64,000 bases of DNA from Saccostrea cucullata (GCF_032062105.1 NW_026926647.1:186001-250000); one strand, 5' to 3'. Shown: positions 13,119-24,904, counted from the first letter of the stretch. The notes: a model not told the origin generated them from the letters alone. Program-made: numbers and translations.

Positions 13119-14905
13119 TTAAATTTGAAATCCAGAAAAACAAGAGTACATTCCATCAGGATGCAAGGTCATCGATCTTGTGGATAACGCATTCCGACAC
13201 CATACATCTTCACCAGACTGTAATTTAACGTTGACTTGCACTGTTCCTTCGCTGTGTTGATCGTCATCACTATATGCCAGACCAAGCCGATTTCCATCTT
13301 TCACAATTTCTGCAAAGATTTCATGACCAGGCTGATTAAGAAATGTGACAACAAATCGATATATTCCAGTAGCAGGTGCCCGAAATATTCCATGTCGTGG
13401 GTCATATGCCCCGCCCTCGTTTAAGATCACGTGATCGAATTCCATTGGTTGATGAGGTCCTAGTGTTCTGAGGCTTGCTCCCAAACAGGCTGTAAAGGCG
13501 ACGGGGAGTGTTCGATCGGATGATGTATTGTCTGTAAGTATTAAGGAAAAAGAACAATTTAAATTGATATAAAAAAATTAAATTTAGGGAACTTAAGTTT
13601 TAGGAGTTTATTATAAGATTGGAAAAAGAATAAAACGAAATTGATACAGTTAGTTTAATGTTTAACAAAAAATATAAACATTTTTAGAGCGACGGCATTG
13701 GGGAATATTGATTTTTGCCCTGCCCGTCTGTTTATATACGGGATAATCTTTTCGTTTGTAAAAAAGTACCTCTTCAGTAAAAACAGACATTGACAAACTT
13801 TTACCTTGCCAATAACTTTTTTTTTGTCGGAACTATTGCTTTCATTTGTAACATATGTGTATTTCATATGACAATACCTTCAATAGGTGGCGTCACCATA
13901 TGAGTGAAAAATTCAGGAGAGAGAAGTTTGACAACAAGCAAGCAAACAAACAACAGACCAACAAATAAACAGGTATCAACGCATTTGGCCTACTGGCTTT
14001 TATCTTGGGGTCAGAGTGTCTTGGTGTTTGATCTACTTTTTCAACATTTTACCATATTTTGGCATTACCGAAAATATTTGAACTGTTGTCAATATTAGCT
14101 TCATACTTCACGTGTAAATTCCATATAAAGAGACCTATCTTAATATATATGTTATGTACATTCAGTCAGATAATAAGCAAAATGTTATTAGTTACACAGT
14201 CAGTTAGTGACCTAATGCGGATTCATACAGGGTGTGAAATGGAAATCCGTATTGGGCGAGGCGAAGCCGAGTCCCAATACGGATTTCCATTTCACATATA
14301 TATAGGTTGACTGTGTAACGAATTTATCCCGCTGAAGACCCTTTTCAATAAAAAAAAATTATGCATATTATGAAAATATTAGTTTTAATCCAATAACAAT
14401 CAACATAAAATGTCGTTAAGGTAACAAGAAATTTAACTAAACTACCTACGTTAACCGTTTGTTAGCCGCCATTTTTATTTACAATAACAACGCTTCGAAC
14501 GGAATCGCGTGCCCGATTTTCATATTACGCCTCGACGGAGACGTAATATGGAAATGGAGACGTAATACGGAAAATTTCATGTGATTAGCTTTTATCCAAT
14601 CAGTAATCGACAAATTTGTCTGAAGCGGGATAAAAATCATTACATAGACTTCTTGTTTTGTTCAGAAACTGTTCACAATTCATTCGATTTCGCGACTTAG
14701 GTCTAATGTTAATAAAATACTTACATTTCTCCAGTTTAGCTTGAACATCACCTAGCGTAGAATTCATTTTTGCAATAAGTGATTTCAAGTCTTTAATTTC
14801 TTGTTTCATTGCAGGAATATCGGCTTCATGATCCACTTCTGGTAGATTCAGAGAGTGCACATTTCCAATCAAAACCAAAATAAAGATTGAATGAAAAGAA
14901 ATCAT
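13119..14905 (-). CDS. Secreted C1q-domain-containing protein, type B, 197 aa (exon 1 14725-14905; exon 2 13119-13531)
   Basis: Signal peptide MISFHSIFILVLIGNVHS, heptad-like coiled coil, GT-AG phase-1 intron, and C1q motifs AFTA, FDHVILNEGGAYD, GIFRAPATGIYRF, LQSGEDVW, FSGFQI. Frame intact. Confidence 0.92.
14191..14635. mobile_element. Palindromic non-autonomous element, Crypton-like, in the intron of the type B gene
   Basis: Perfect 24-bp inverted arms (14233-14256 / 14273-14296) around CGAGGCGAAGCCGAGT. Outer IR GTTACACAGTCA/TGACTGTGTAAC. TTTATCCCGCT/AGCGGGATAAA pair, with CCAATCA near the end. The family call rests on motif resemblance only. Confidence 0.55.
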
Positions 14906-16134
14906 TTCAGTGCCCGTGAAGATTTACAAAATTAAACTTTTCCCCTGTGTTTCGAAACTTAGCAAGGTCCTTAAACAAGTTATAAAGGTTAATGATTGTA
15001 AAATAAATATTTAACTGATAAAATGCGTGTTGCTAAAGGTATTCGTTAAAGAGTAAAAACACACGACTTTATTTGATAAGAGACAAATTTAGACCTGATA
15101 ATTCAGCATTATGATTATGATTCATGTTTGTTAATTCATTTTATTTTGAAGAGTGTATGTAAATTTTTTTAAAACATATTTGTATATAATCGTTATGCCA
15201 TTCCATTTTTTTAATGTTTAGATTATATGCGTCCTGGCATTTGACAAGATGTAAGAAAAAACGAACAGAATTTAAAAAAAAAACTGGAAATGGTTTTTTT
15301 GGTAAAAATTTCGGGAATATGTCAGGTTCTTTAAATATTTCTCTAATTAATAGTAGATCTGTGTTATATTGTGCCTATTTCAAGCATGTATGTTTTTATA
15401 TCTTATTTTTTTATCAAACAAAAGATATTTCTACGAGAAAAATCGAGTCATGAAATCAAATTATTTGAATGGTTCTCAAAATTACTTTATTTGCAAATAC
15501 AGTCTATCGTTGCGTTATACCATGACAATTAATTGGTCATTGATTTTATATATAATATAAGTCCAATGACTTACTATCAAGGTATTTCCATCCTCGCATG
15601 ATTTCATAGGTCTTTGCAAAAACTGTTATTAATTTAAATTAATAGCCAATAGAGCAATATCTTTTGGAAGAATGCTTTTCAATACGTGTGATGATAAATC
15701 TTATTAAGTAAAAGAAATTAAAAGATGTATATTTTCTTTATTTAATCAATTATTCACTCTTTATAAAAATGTTGAAAAGGACGATAACTCCATCCAAGGT
15801 ATCTTCATTCTTTATTGTACTTCTAATGTAAAATAATTCACCTGATATTAAAATGATTTTTTAAAATGCTATTTACAATAGATATACTGTTTTTATGATG
15901 ACATATACTTCTGTTTATATGACTCCCATCTTTAAGTAATATGGCAGCCCATATCTTTTTTGCAATAATTTGTAAATTTAAACTATATTAAACTAAAATA
16001 ATTGCAGTTTTTGTACTTTAAACCATTGAAAATGTGAGGATTGAAAGACATTAATCAGTAAAGAGGTGATGGTTTCACTCATGGTGTTTCCAGAGATTTC
16101 ACGTTTTTCCCCTTTTCACATGTAATGCTGACTG

Positions 16135-16380
16135 ACGTTTTTCATACCAATTGTTAGTCCATTATTTATACACTGAATTGACCACGGATTTTTTTCCGTT
16201 ATTTCCTGATTGTGACGGCGGGCACACGGCGGGTGTGACCGGTCGACAGGGGATGCTCACTCCTCCATGGCACCTGATCCCACCTCTGATGTTTCGGAGG
16301 TCCGTGTTTGCTCTGCTCTTGTTTTGTATATTTGTTTAATGGACGTTGAGATTGAATACTGTTCGTTATTTCCATATCCT
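16135..16380 (+). repeat. Abundant dispersed repeat, probable Penelope-like retroelement terminal fragment
   Basis: CACGGCGGGTGTGACCGGTCGACAGGGGATGCTCACTCCTCCATGGCACCTGATCCCACCTCTG...; more than 10 related copies in both orientations in the window. Confidence 0.7.
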
Positions 16381-16699
16381 TCCTTCATGTACAAGTCAAA
16401 TTTTTTTCTAAACGTTTGGAGCTGAAATTCTAAACATCAAGTTAAAATAATTCTCTGACATTATATTCAAGAGAATATTATTAAGTTAAACACAAACTTT
16501 TACTTTAAAATAAGAACAATTTCAATCGAATAAATATTTTCTCTGCAGGTTGATACAACTAATTCCATTCATTTCTAAAGTACAGTTTAAAGTAAAGTTT
16601 TTTCATGGGATCATATGATTACACATAATGGAACAAGTTTCGAAAACATACACTGATCGATCTAAAGGGAATCCTTAAGCAATGCAATTCTGTAAAGAT

Positions 16700-16995
16700 G
16701 TGCACTGACCCAAGGCTTTCAAGAGGTGGAATCAGGTGCCTATGAAGTGTAAACCTCCTCTTCGATCTGTCTCAGCCGCCCTTAAATCTATGCATTGGAG
16801 ACGGATTTTTCCGTTATTTCCCAATCATGACACGGAGCACACGGCGGGTGTGACCGGTCAGCAGGGGGATGCTCACTCCTCCATGGCACCTGATCCCACC
16901 TCTGATGTTTTAGAGGAGGCCCGTGTTTGCTCTGCTCCTATTTTGTATTGGTTTATAGACTGTGATATTGAATACTGTTCGTTATCTCCATATCA
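16700..16995. repeat. Two copies of the same dispersed repeat in inverted arrangement
   Basis: Minus fragment AGAGGTGGAATCAGGTGCC (~16700-16780) adjoins a plus copy at 16800-16995. Confidence 0.65.
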
Positions 16996-17799
16996 TTCAT
17001 GTAATGCGCAGGTGGTCGAATCATTCTAAGTAAAATACAGTATGATTACAAAGGCCTAGCAATCGGTCTGAACCAACTCAACCTAAATACGACCAAATGA
17101 TAGCTTCTTTTTTATGACAATGTCATTATAAATTTCATTATAATAATGATTATCTATCTGACTTTATCTTTTAGCTTCAGTTAGATATATCTGCTTTTTC
17201 ATGTCTTCATTGCATCTTAAGTATGCTGCAACAAATTATTGACCGTGTACATAACAAAAATTCATCACAACTTTTAGCTGCCTCCTTACTAGAAACAGAA
17301 ATTGACAAAAATTCTCATGTAGGGTATCAAACTTTTTTTTCTTTATCAAATATCAAGTTATAGAAATTACAGGCTTTTTAAAAATTAAAGAAATCTATTT
17401 CTAAAAGGCTGAAAGTGTCGAGTACAAGCGTAAATTAGTTATTGTCCACCAGCATGGGGTGGCGCAAAGGTGCATTAAACAAAAAAAATATTTATCAGCT
17501 TATGTCGTGTTTGTTTTATACAGCTTATAACGATTTCATATTAAATTCATATTAACTAACCGTATATGATGACATATCATGAAATTTTCTTTAAATCGAC
17601 AAAGTTGCAAATTACACTTTCTTTTGAGAATTTTTCTTTGAGTGAAAAATTCTCGAGAGGGACGTTAAACAGCATGCAATCGATCAATCAATATGAACAA
17701 AAAGAGAGAGACAAAAAAATCGTTCAATGATTGCTAGCAAATGACGTCCCTAGTTTCCAAAGAACTGGATATCTCTTAGTATTTACACACTGAATAGTC

Positions 17800-17980
17800 A
17801 ACGGATCCCGATCAAAAGAAGAAGCACATAACGGTTGTGACCGATTCGGTAGGGAATGATCACTCTTCTTAGGCACCGATCCAATTTTTGATGATTTGGA
17901 AGGTCCATGTTTGTGCTGCTCTCGATTTGTACCATCTAAATTGACTTTGATCTTGAATACTGTTCGTTGTCTCCATATTT
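17800..17980 (+). repeat. Diverged copy of the same dispersed repeat
   Basis: CGGTTGTGACCG...GGCACCGATCC...GAATACTGTTCGTTGTCTCCATAT. Confidence 0.6.
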
Positions 17981-18156
17981 TACTTTCTTAAAATTTTTGA
18001 CAACATTTTATATTAATAACTATTGGCACAGACTCAAATTACGAAATTTGACAGAATGATCAATTGGTCATATGTTTTAAAACTTAAGTAAAATACATGT
18101 ATAATTTAAATACAATCAATTCTACATAAATTATATCTGTTAATAAATTAGTATGT

Positions 18157-18362
18157 TACTGTAAAAGTATTACATTTGGTTGCGTATTTTATTTCGCGCC
18201 TTTGCGGAAAGCATCATCCGCTAAATAAAGCGCAATACTCCGGTAAATGTTTCATCATATAATATCATTCATATAGTACACATTTAGAAAGCACTTTTTC
18301 AAATCTATGCTTACTTATTAAAAATGAAATATTGAACACGCCAAATAAACTACATTAACAGA
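18157..18362. mobile_element. Degenerate TA-inserted Tc1/mariner-type MITE
   Basis: TACTGTAAAAGTA..TATTTCGCG / CGCCAAATAAACTACATTAACAG; same architecture as the 29866 and 41497 elements. Confidence 0.45.
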
Positions 18363-18410
18363 ACTCTTTACAGCTAAAACGCAGTGCGATAACATCTGTA
18401 CTGTGTTTTC

Positions 18411-19540
18411 CTAACTAGATATCAAATGCCCAGAAAAGCAACTGTAACCATTAGCGTTAACCAATTGATTTGCTGTTTGTGAATTACGACACCACACGGT
18501 TTGACCAGCACTAAGTCTCACATTGACATCAGTGGTGGAGGAGAGATAGTCGCTTCCGCCTTCGTATGTATGGATAAGTTCTGTTCCGTCTTTGACCATC
18601 TGAATGCGTAGCGAATGTGACTTCACCGAGTATATGGTCATGGAAAAGTGATAGAGTCCGGAAACAGGTGCCCGAAATGTGCCATGCCGTGGATCAAAAC
18701 CATTGGCTTCGTTTGTGATCACGTGATCGAATTTGATTGGTTGTAGGTGGCCAATGGTAACTGCAGTTGATGATGATAAACACGCAGTAAATCCAACTGA
18801 TTGTTGTGTAAGCTTTGCTGAAGAATCTATGTGGAAGAAAAAATGCCTGCACAGTGCAGTCAAGCATGTATTACAGTATTGTCTTAAAAGCATATAAATC
18901 TAATTTCAGAACATTAACCTGCACACGAACAAGAGGAAATTGAATTGAACATATCATTTAGTCAAAAGGATATGACGATATGATGAATAGTTCTAGACAG
19001 TTTTCTCCTAATACAAAAACTGAAAAAATACAGGATCTATTATTTGATCTGACATGAGAATAAGTAGTGTCAAAACTGAAAAATCTTGATACTTCCTCTA
19101 GTATAGTGATAGTGTATCTAAACACCTCGAAAATTTTGTCCAGAATGTTCATGCACATTGTAAATACAATCATGTATATTATTAACACATTTAAAAATAA
19201 GGAAAATTAAACGGCAGGAATTTTTAGACTCACTTTACTAAGATGAAAAAGTGAATCATCAAACAATAACAACAATGACAACAAAAATTCCTCTGAGAGA
19301 AGAGAAGATATTAATATAACTTACAAGAAATGTGAGTTCTTTAATTTACAATTTATTATTCCGGAAAAGAAACAGTATTAACTATTGCTTACTATTCATT
19401 GCTTCAAGTGCCTGTAATCTTTGTTCTAGCATCCTTAAATTCTGTTGCAGTTCCAAAACATCTGTTTGTCTCGATGCTGTCACGTTCAAAGAGTGAGTAA
19501 AAGCAAGACATGTGGACAAAAAAAGAAGTGTTCCATACAT
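18411..19540 (-). CDS. Secreted C1q-domain-containing protein, type A, 187 aa (exon 1 19393-19540; exon 2 18411-18826)
   Basis: MYGTLLFLSTCLAFTHS signal plus LQQNLRMLEQRLQALE coiled coil. Donor A|GTAAGC, acceptor ttccacatag. C1q motifs GFTAC, IKFDHVITNEANGFD, GTFRAPVSGLYHF, LSAGQTVW, FSGHLI. Frame intact. Confidence 0.93.
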
Positions 19541-20562
19541 TTTTGTAAGAGTTTTCCTACTAACGGTGCATGTACTTCTCCGAAGACAAACTAGACCAGA
19601 CGGATGCCTGATCAATTCTGCTCCACAATGACGGAATGAGGTGGTATTTCACCTGTAATTGTTTGATCATTCTTCCATCGTGCAGTTTTGCTATATTGTA
19701 TTTATATTTTTTATCAAGGTTAAATTTTCTTTAGCAGTCGTTGTATGAATGACACATTAATATCATTTTGCAGATATTTCAAGACAAAAATTATTATTTG
19801 GAAAAAAGTGTACAGTAAAATTACACATTTTCTCGTAGTTTAAGGAAAAAAATGTTGCATTGATTTGGATTTGATTTTGTGGCTGAAGATGGGAGTTGAG
19901 TAGTTATATAAAATGTACACATGCTATTTTACATTTCGTGGTGGTCATGATTTCCTGGGCATCCTCATACCTCGAAAGTTAACCCCACAAAATTAAAGAT
20001 TTCATTGTAGTCGCAAATTATTAATTTATCAATGAATATAAACATAAATTTGTTTGGTCTTATTCATCCGCATTGTGACATTACAATTTAAACCGCTCAT
20101 GGGAAAAGTTCTCTAAAATTCTTTACAATTCATTCAATTTACAACGGTACACCAGGATAAGGCGTATATTTTATAACAGCGTATTTTTTTAAAGATTCAG
20201 GCCGGTTTATGGTGGCATATTTCTGTCCCGTACATGGAAGATAATTAATATTACAGTAGAAAACTTTAAGCTGATGACTGCGTTTTGCTTGCATTGGTGC
20301 TTTTGATTAGTGACATTCATAAATTTACCTGTATGGCGGTATATTTCTGCGCCTAAGTATTCAAACATTTTACCAGTATATTTGGCACAATATTCTAACA
20401 TCTGCTTTGTTCAATTTTTTTTCTAACTTCATATCTCATATTCTAAAGCCAGAATAATTATAGAATAGCAGCAAACCTAAAAAAAATTGTGAACAAGTCA
20501 TCAAAGGTGGACCATCTGGATATTCGAGGGGCCAAAATTGAGCGATCGATACTAGTTGTATT

Positions 20563-20631
20563 TCATGCTCTAAATTTTGAATTTACCGGGTATATTAATA
20601 CCACCTGGTAAATTCAAAATTTAGAACATGA
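20563..20631. repeat. Inverted repeat, 29-bp arms (2 mismatches), 11-bp spacer
   Basis: TCATGCTCTAAATTTTGAATTTACCGGGT / ACCTGGTAAATTCAAAATTTAGAACATGA. Confidence 0.85.
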
Positions 20632-21374
20632 CGTTTAGTTGACGTATTTGTAAGCAAAGAGAAATAACTCAGACATGTACTCTTTAGCATTCATCTGCTG
20701 ACATATGAAATGAAGGTAATTTTGCTAATGACGAATTTCTACACGTGTCTTCTTACGCAAATTACGTGTACATTGCCAATTACACGTAAGTAAAAACTTG
20801 TAGCGTATAATTCTTTAACTGATGTTTATGTTTCAAAAAGTGTGCGTTTTTCTGAAACCTGATTATTTAATGCAAATACTGATATAAGAACTGAACGTCA
20901 GTAATTGAAATATATTAATTTATAGGGAGTTAAAATTACAACATCTAGATTTTCAAAAAAGACTTTGACCGATTAAAAACATAAGAACTCTGTTCAATCT
21001 TTTTCTCATAAGTACATGTATATATTTATGTAGAACGGTGATAAACGTATTAAAATTATTGCTTTTGCGGATGATTTTTAAATGTAAACCACTTTTACAT
21101 TTAAAAACTTACAAGTACAAGTACAGGTTATACTTAGCTAAACAAGAAAAAAATGTTAACATGTACGTGTAATTCTAACTTGTAGTTTACACGTACATGT
21201 ACACGTACAAGTGAGCTTGCTAAACCTCTCTATTGACTCTTTATTAGCGAGACAAAATTTTCACTAATTGTGGTCATTGCTCTATATAATCTTAAGTAAA
21301 TCTATAATACGCGAGAAGGAAATTTTCCCGAGCATTACGCGAAAATAAAGTTCTCGCGGCGAATAAAAAGTGAT

Positions 21375-21838
21375 CTTGATAGAATTATCAAGATTCAGCA
21401 CTGATCAAGACGTGATAAAATTATCACTAATTGTAAAGCATAGCGATAGAATTATCGCATTTGTAACTTGATAGAATTATCAAGATTCAGCACTATTGAA
21501 GACGTGATAAAATTATCACTAATTGCGATAGAGTTATCGCATTTATAACTTGATAGAATTATCAAGATTCAGCACTGATCAAGACGTGATAAAATTATCA
21601 CTAATTGTAAAGCATAGCGATAGAATTATCGCATTTGTAACTTGATAGAATTATCAAGATTCAGCACTATTGAAGACGTGATAAAATTATCACTAATTGC
21701 AATAGAATTATCGCATTTATAACTTGATAGAATTATCAAGATTCAGCACTGATCAAGACGTGATAAAATTATCACTTATCTTAAAGCATAGCGATAGAAT
21801 TATCGCATTTGTAACTTGATAAAATTATCAAGATTCAG
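21375..21838. repeat. Tandem array of alternating 92/82-bp units (174-bp higher-order repeat)
   Basis: Units start at 21375, 21467, 21549, 21641, 21723 and 21815 (partial). Each carries three GATA-(G/A)AAT-TATC palindromes. Confidence 0.95.
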
Positions 21839-22264
21839 TAATACATTAAAATACCACTAATTGTTCAGTAATGTGGCAAAATTACCACTCAAACTTGAAC
21901 ATGTGGCAAATTATCACAGGCTCTTCTGCAACTCATGCAGTAGAAAAAGTTTCCAGACTTACTGTTCTAAGTAAAAATAAATGCTTGATCACAAGGGTCC
22001 CTTTCTGTATTTCCCACTCTTGGACTGGCTCTCTACAATGCATCTAATATGTGATTAAACAGAAAACTGCTGAAAGTATAACATTGTGTCATATATGCAT
22101 AATAAGCTTTTTTTTTTTTAAATCATTAATACCCGTTTTGTAAGATGTTCTAAGTCACTAGGGTACTAAGGCTAAGGTACATATAGATGTATTGCCTGTT
22201 TCATAAACTTTGATGCAAATTAACCATAATTGTTATATGGCTAAATGACATACAAACTATTTAT

Positions 22265-22822
22265 CTAGCTATCACTTGTACTATGTATCACAGCACCCCT
22301 GATTGCCCTAATCACAAAAGTTATTCACTACAGAGTTCTTCAAGCCCTTTAACTTCCAGTACACAACCTGCCTTCTGTTTTTAACTTCTTCTTTTAAAAG
22401 TTGATTTGCCAAGACTATTTACTTATTATATAACGTTAAAACAACTCGGCAGTGTCTGGTGGAATATCTTGGTAACGACTGACACACATATATCTTATTT
22501 AAATGATACCGGTTTAAAAACAAGTCACATATTGCCATTATTTTTGACACAATCTCCATAACCGAATCCTCATCAGCCTGCGGCTGATCGATATCGTTTC
22601 CCGCAATATGTAAAGTTAGCTTCTGTGGTCGGTTCCTTTGAATCTCCTCTTCTAGCACTCTAATGTCCATACTTCGACCTATTCTGTCCCCACTAATCCC
22701 AATGACCGAGATCGCTACATTTTGTACATTAAATATAATTGTTTCAAAGTTGTCTCTGATTCCTCGCATAATGATATAACTAAGCGTCGAATGTGTGAGT
22801 CACCAAATATTAATACAGACAT
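22265..22822 (-). pseudogene. Intronless SGNH/GDSL hydrolase pseudo-ORF of mobile-element type
   Basis: Block I MSVLIFGDSHIRRL; after a frameshift, block II GISG and block III LHIAGNDID, then QSLPR. In-frame stop at 22419-22421, then ANQLLKEE..VYWKLKGL..FCD. Block V (DGxH) is mostly deleted; ends IRAIRGAVIHSTSDS*. Confidence 0.8.
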
Positions 22823-24314
22823 CTTGATGAAGGAAGAACACAGTACAAAACAATGATCGTTGGGACAACACAGGTTACGAATGATGAAAAATCGGAACGC
22901 ACGTAGGCCTTCCACGTGTGCCAGGACCGAATTTCAAGTCTCGTCTTTTAACACTTACAAATGTGCTGAATTCCTTGGAAATCCAAAAGATCACACCACG
23001 AGAAGTCCATCAAATGTATTAACTGTGCACTGGACACGCTGTAAGCCAACTTGCTTGTTCAAAAATAAAATTGTATTTCCATACAAATATGGCGCTGCCA
23101 CTGATTGTACTCAATCATATACTGAGGCTGTTCCAAAAACAAGACCGAACAAAAGTATTAGAGTTATCTCGCTTGTCCCACTTTCAATACACAAGAAATG
23201 GGCATAAAATTATTTATGAACATAAATAGCATTTATTAGCGAGACAAAATTTTCACTAATTGTGGTCATTGCTCTATATAATCTTAAGTAAATCTATAAT
23301 ACGCGAGAAGGAAATTTTCCCGAGCATTACGCGAAAATAAAGTTCTCGCGGCGAATAAAAAGTGATTTACAGTATGTTAAACGTTCTTTCAAAGTTTTTA
23401 ATTGGGGTGTGTGCAGAAAAGTGGAATTTTAAACAGCGTAGAATGTTTATAATTTCATAATTTTTAAGCAATAAAGTCTAATCATTCAAAACCAAAATAG
23501 GTTTACAAAATATATATTTATTTGTTTAGGCATCGATTTCTTTGTCTGTATCATCTGTTCTTCAATAATTTCAATGTTACAAATACGTTTTCTTCTTCAA
23601 CGGACTACAAGATTTTCATTCAAGTAGGTTTCACTTTTTTGAAGTGAAATTTTAGTGCGTTGATTTGAATTTTGTATTGCTCTTATTAAGAAAAAAATCG
23701 ATGACACTGTAACAAAACAAAATCTTGTTTAAGTAAGTAAAAATGTTTGCTAGGTGGTATAGTTTGACAGTATAGTATTTCAAAAAAAGTACATAAAATG
23801 TAAAATAGCTTGAGAATATTCTTTACAATATTATAAAAATGAATTATGCGAAGAAAATTTATTATTTTTTTTGTTGCAACTCTTAGCAATGGTTTTATTA
23901 CAATTTAAAATATAGAGTCACACAACGTAGTTCTTCTGGTAGTTTCTCTAGAATGTGATATATTGATGTCCTAATTATAAAGGTGAAAATTTCGAACAGT
24001 GATGTATCAAAATTAATTTTTAAACAATAAAAATGATAAATGATCTGAGCATGAAAACAGATTAAAAAAATTCCAAAGGTAGGATCAGGTACCCAAGAAA
24101 AGTAAACAACCTCTTTTGACTGCACATATACCACCTATGTATTGATGAGGAAGACAGAATATTCTGTACTTAAAATTATGTGTTTCGTTACCTGCGATAG
24201 AGCATAAACGTCAAATTTCTATAAGAAATTCTGATAATGCATATATCTTTGTCATCAGGCAATCAATCAAGGAAAATATAACAACTTAAAGAGAACATGT
24301 CACCTGTAAAGACA

Positions 24315-24904
24315 TACATTTTTATTAATGGCCCCATTACATTTATTTCAACACCTGATGCAAGGAAAAAAAGTAATTTGCAGCTGACAATATATCCATT
24401 TAAAATTACTTAAGGTCAGATAGACATTTTTTAAAAGATTTTATCGAGCAATTAAATAAATCGGCATCATCTTGTACGTGATACGAGCATTAATTTAAGA
24501 TTAAAAATATATCTTTTAGAATAACTGATAGCAAGATATTAACATCATAATGCTTGTTAAACAGAGTTGATAATATTTGAGGCTATAGTTGGATGCATGG
24601 TCAGAAATACCTTTCCGTACGAATCTATACATTCTTTTTTATTAATGGTCCCATACATTTATTTCAACAGCTCGAAGGATGAAAAAAAGTAATGCAGCTG
24701 ATAATATATACATTAAAAATTACTAGTGAATTAAATATATCGGCATCATCTTGTACGTGATACGGACATTAATTAAAGATTTAAAATAGATCTTTTTAAA
24801 TAATTGAAACCAAGACATAAAAATCTTTATGCTTGTTTAACAGAATAGATAATGTTTGAGGCTAAAGTTGGATGCATGGTCATAAATACCTTTCCGTACG
24901 AATT
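24315..24904. repeat. Diverged tandem duplication (~313 and ~277 bp)
   Basis: TTTTATTAATGG..TCGGCATCATCTTGTACGTGATACG..GTTGGATGCATGGTCA..TACCTTTCCGTACGAAT occurs twice (starts at ~24315 and ~24628). Confidence 0.9.

Larger units (their letters stand above)
21240..23366. mobile_element. Unclassified insert bounded by an identical 135-bp direct repeat (21240-21374, 23232-23366)
   Basis: TTTATTAGCGAGACAAAA...GAATAAAAAGTGAT is present twice and encloses a palindrome array and an SGNH pseudo-ORF. Confidence 0.65.

Noticed and set aside
5533-13424. Plus-strand ORFs 5533-5721, 9263-9484, 9312-9554, 13236-13424
   Set aside because: Antisense shadows of the C1q exons.
16151-17029. ORFs with MLTPPWHLIPPL (also 49119-49346, 43649-43888)
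   Set aside because: Translations of the dispersed repeat; frames are not conserved between copies.
17825-17915. Apparent compensatory change (ACAT/ATGT) in the repeat's closing stem
   Set aside because: Explained equally well by CpG deamination on both strands.
21375-21838. CRISPR-like appearance of regularly spaced palindromes
   Set aside because: The intervening sequences repeat rather than being unique spacers, there are no cas genes, and the context is eukaryotic.
22860-23207. 115-aa plus-strand ORF beside the SGNH pseudo-ORF
   Set aside because: TTG start, no recognisable motif, no splice support; it lies in the presumed upstream region of the element.
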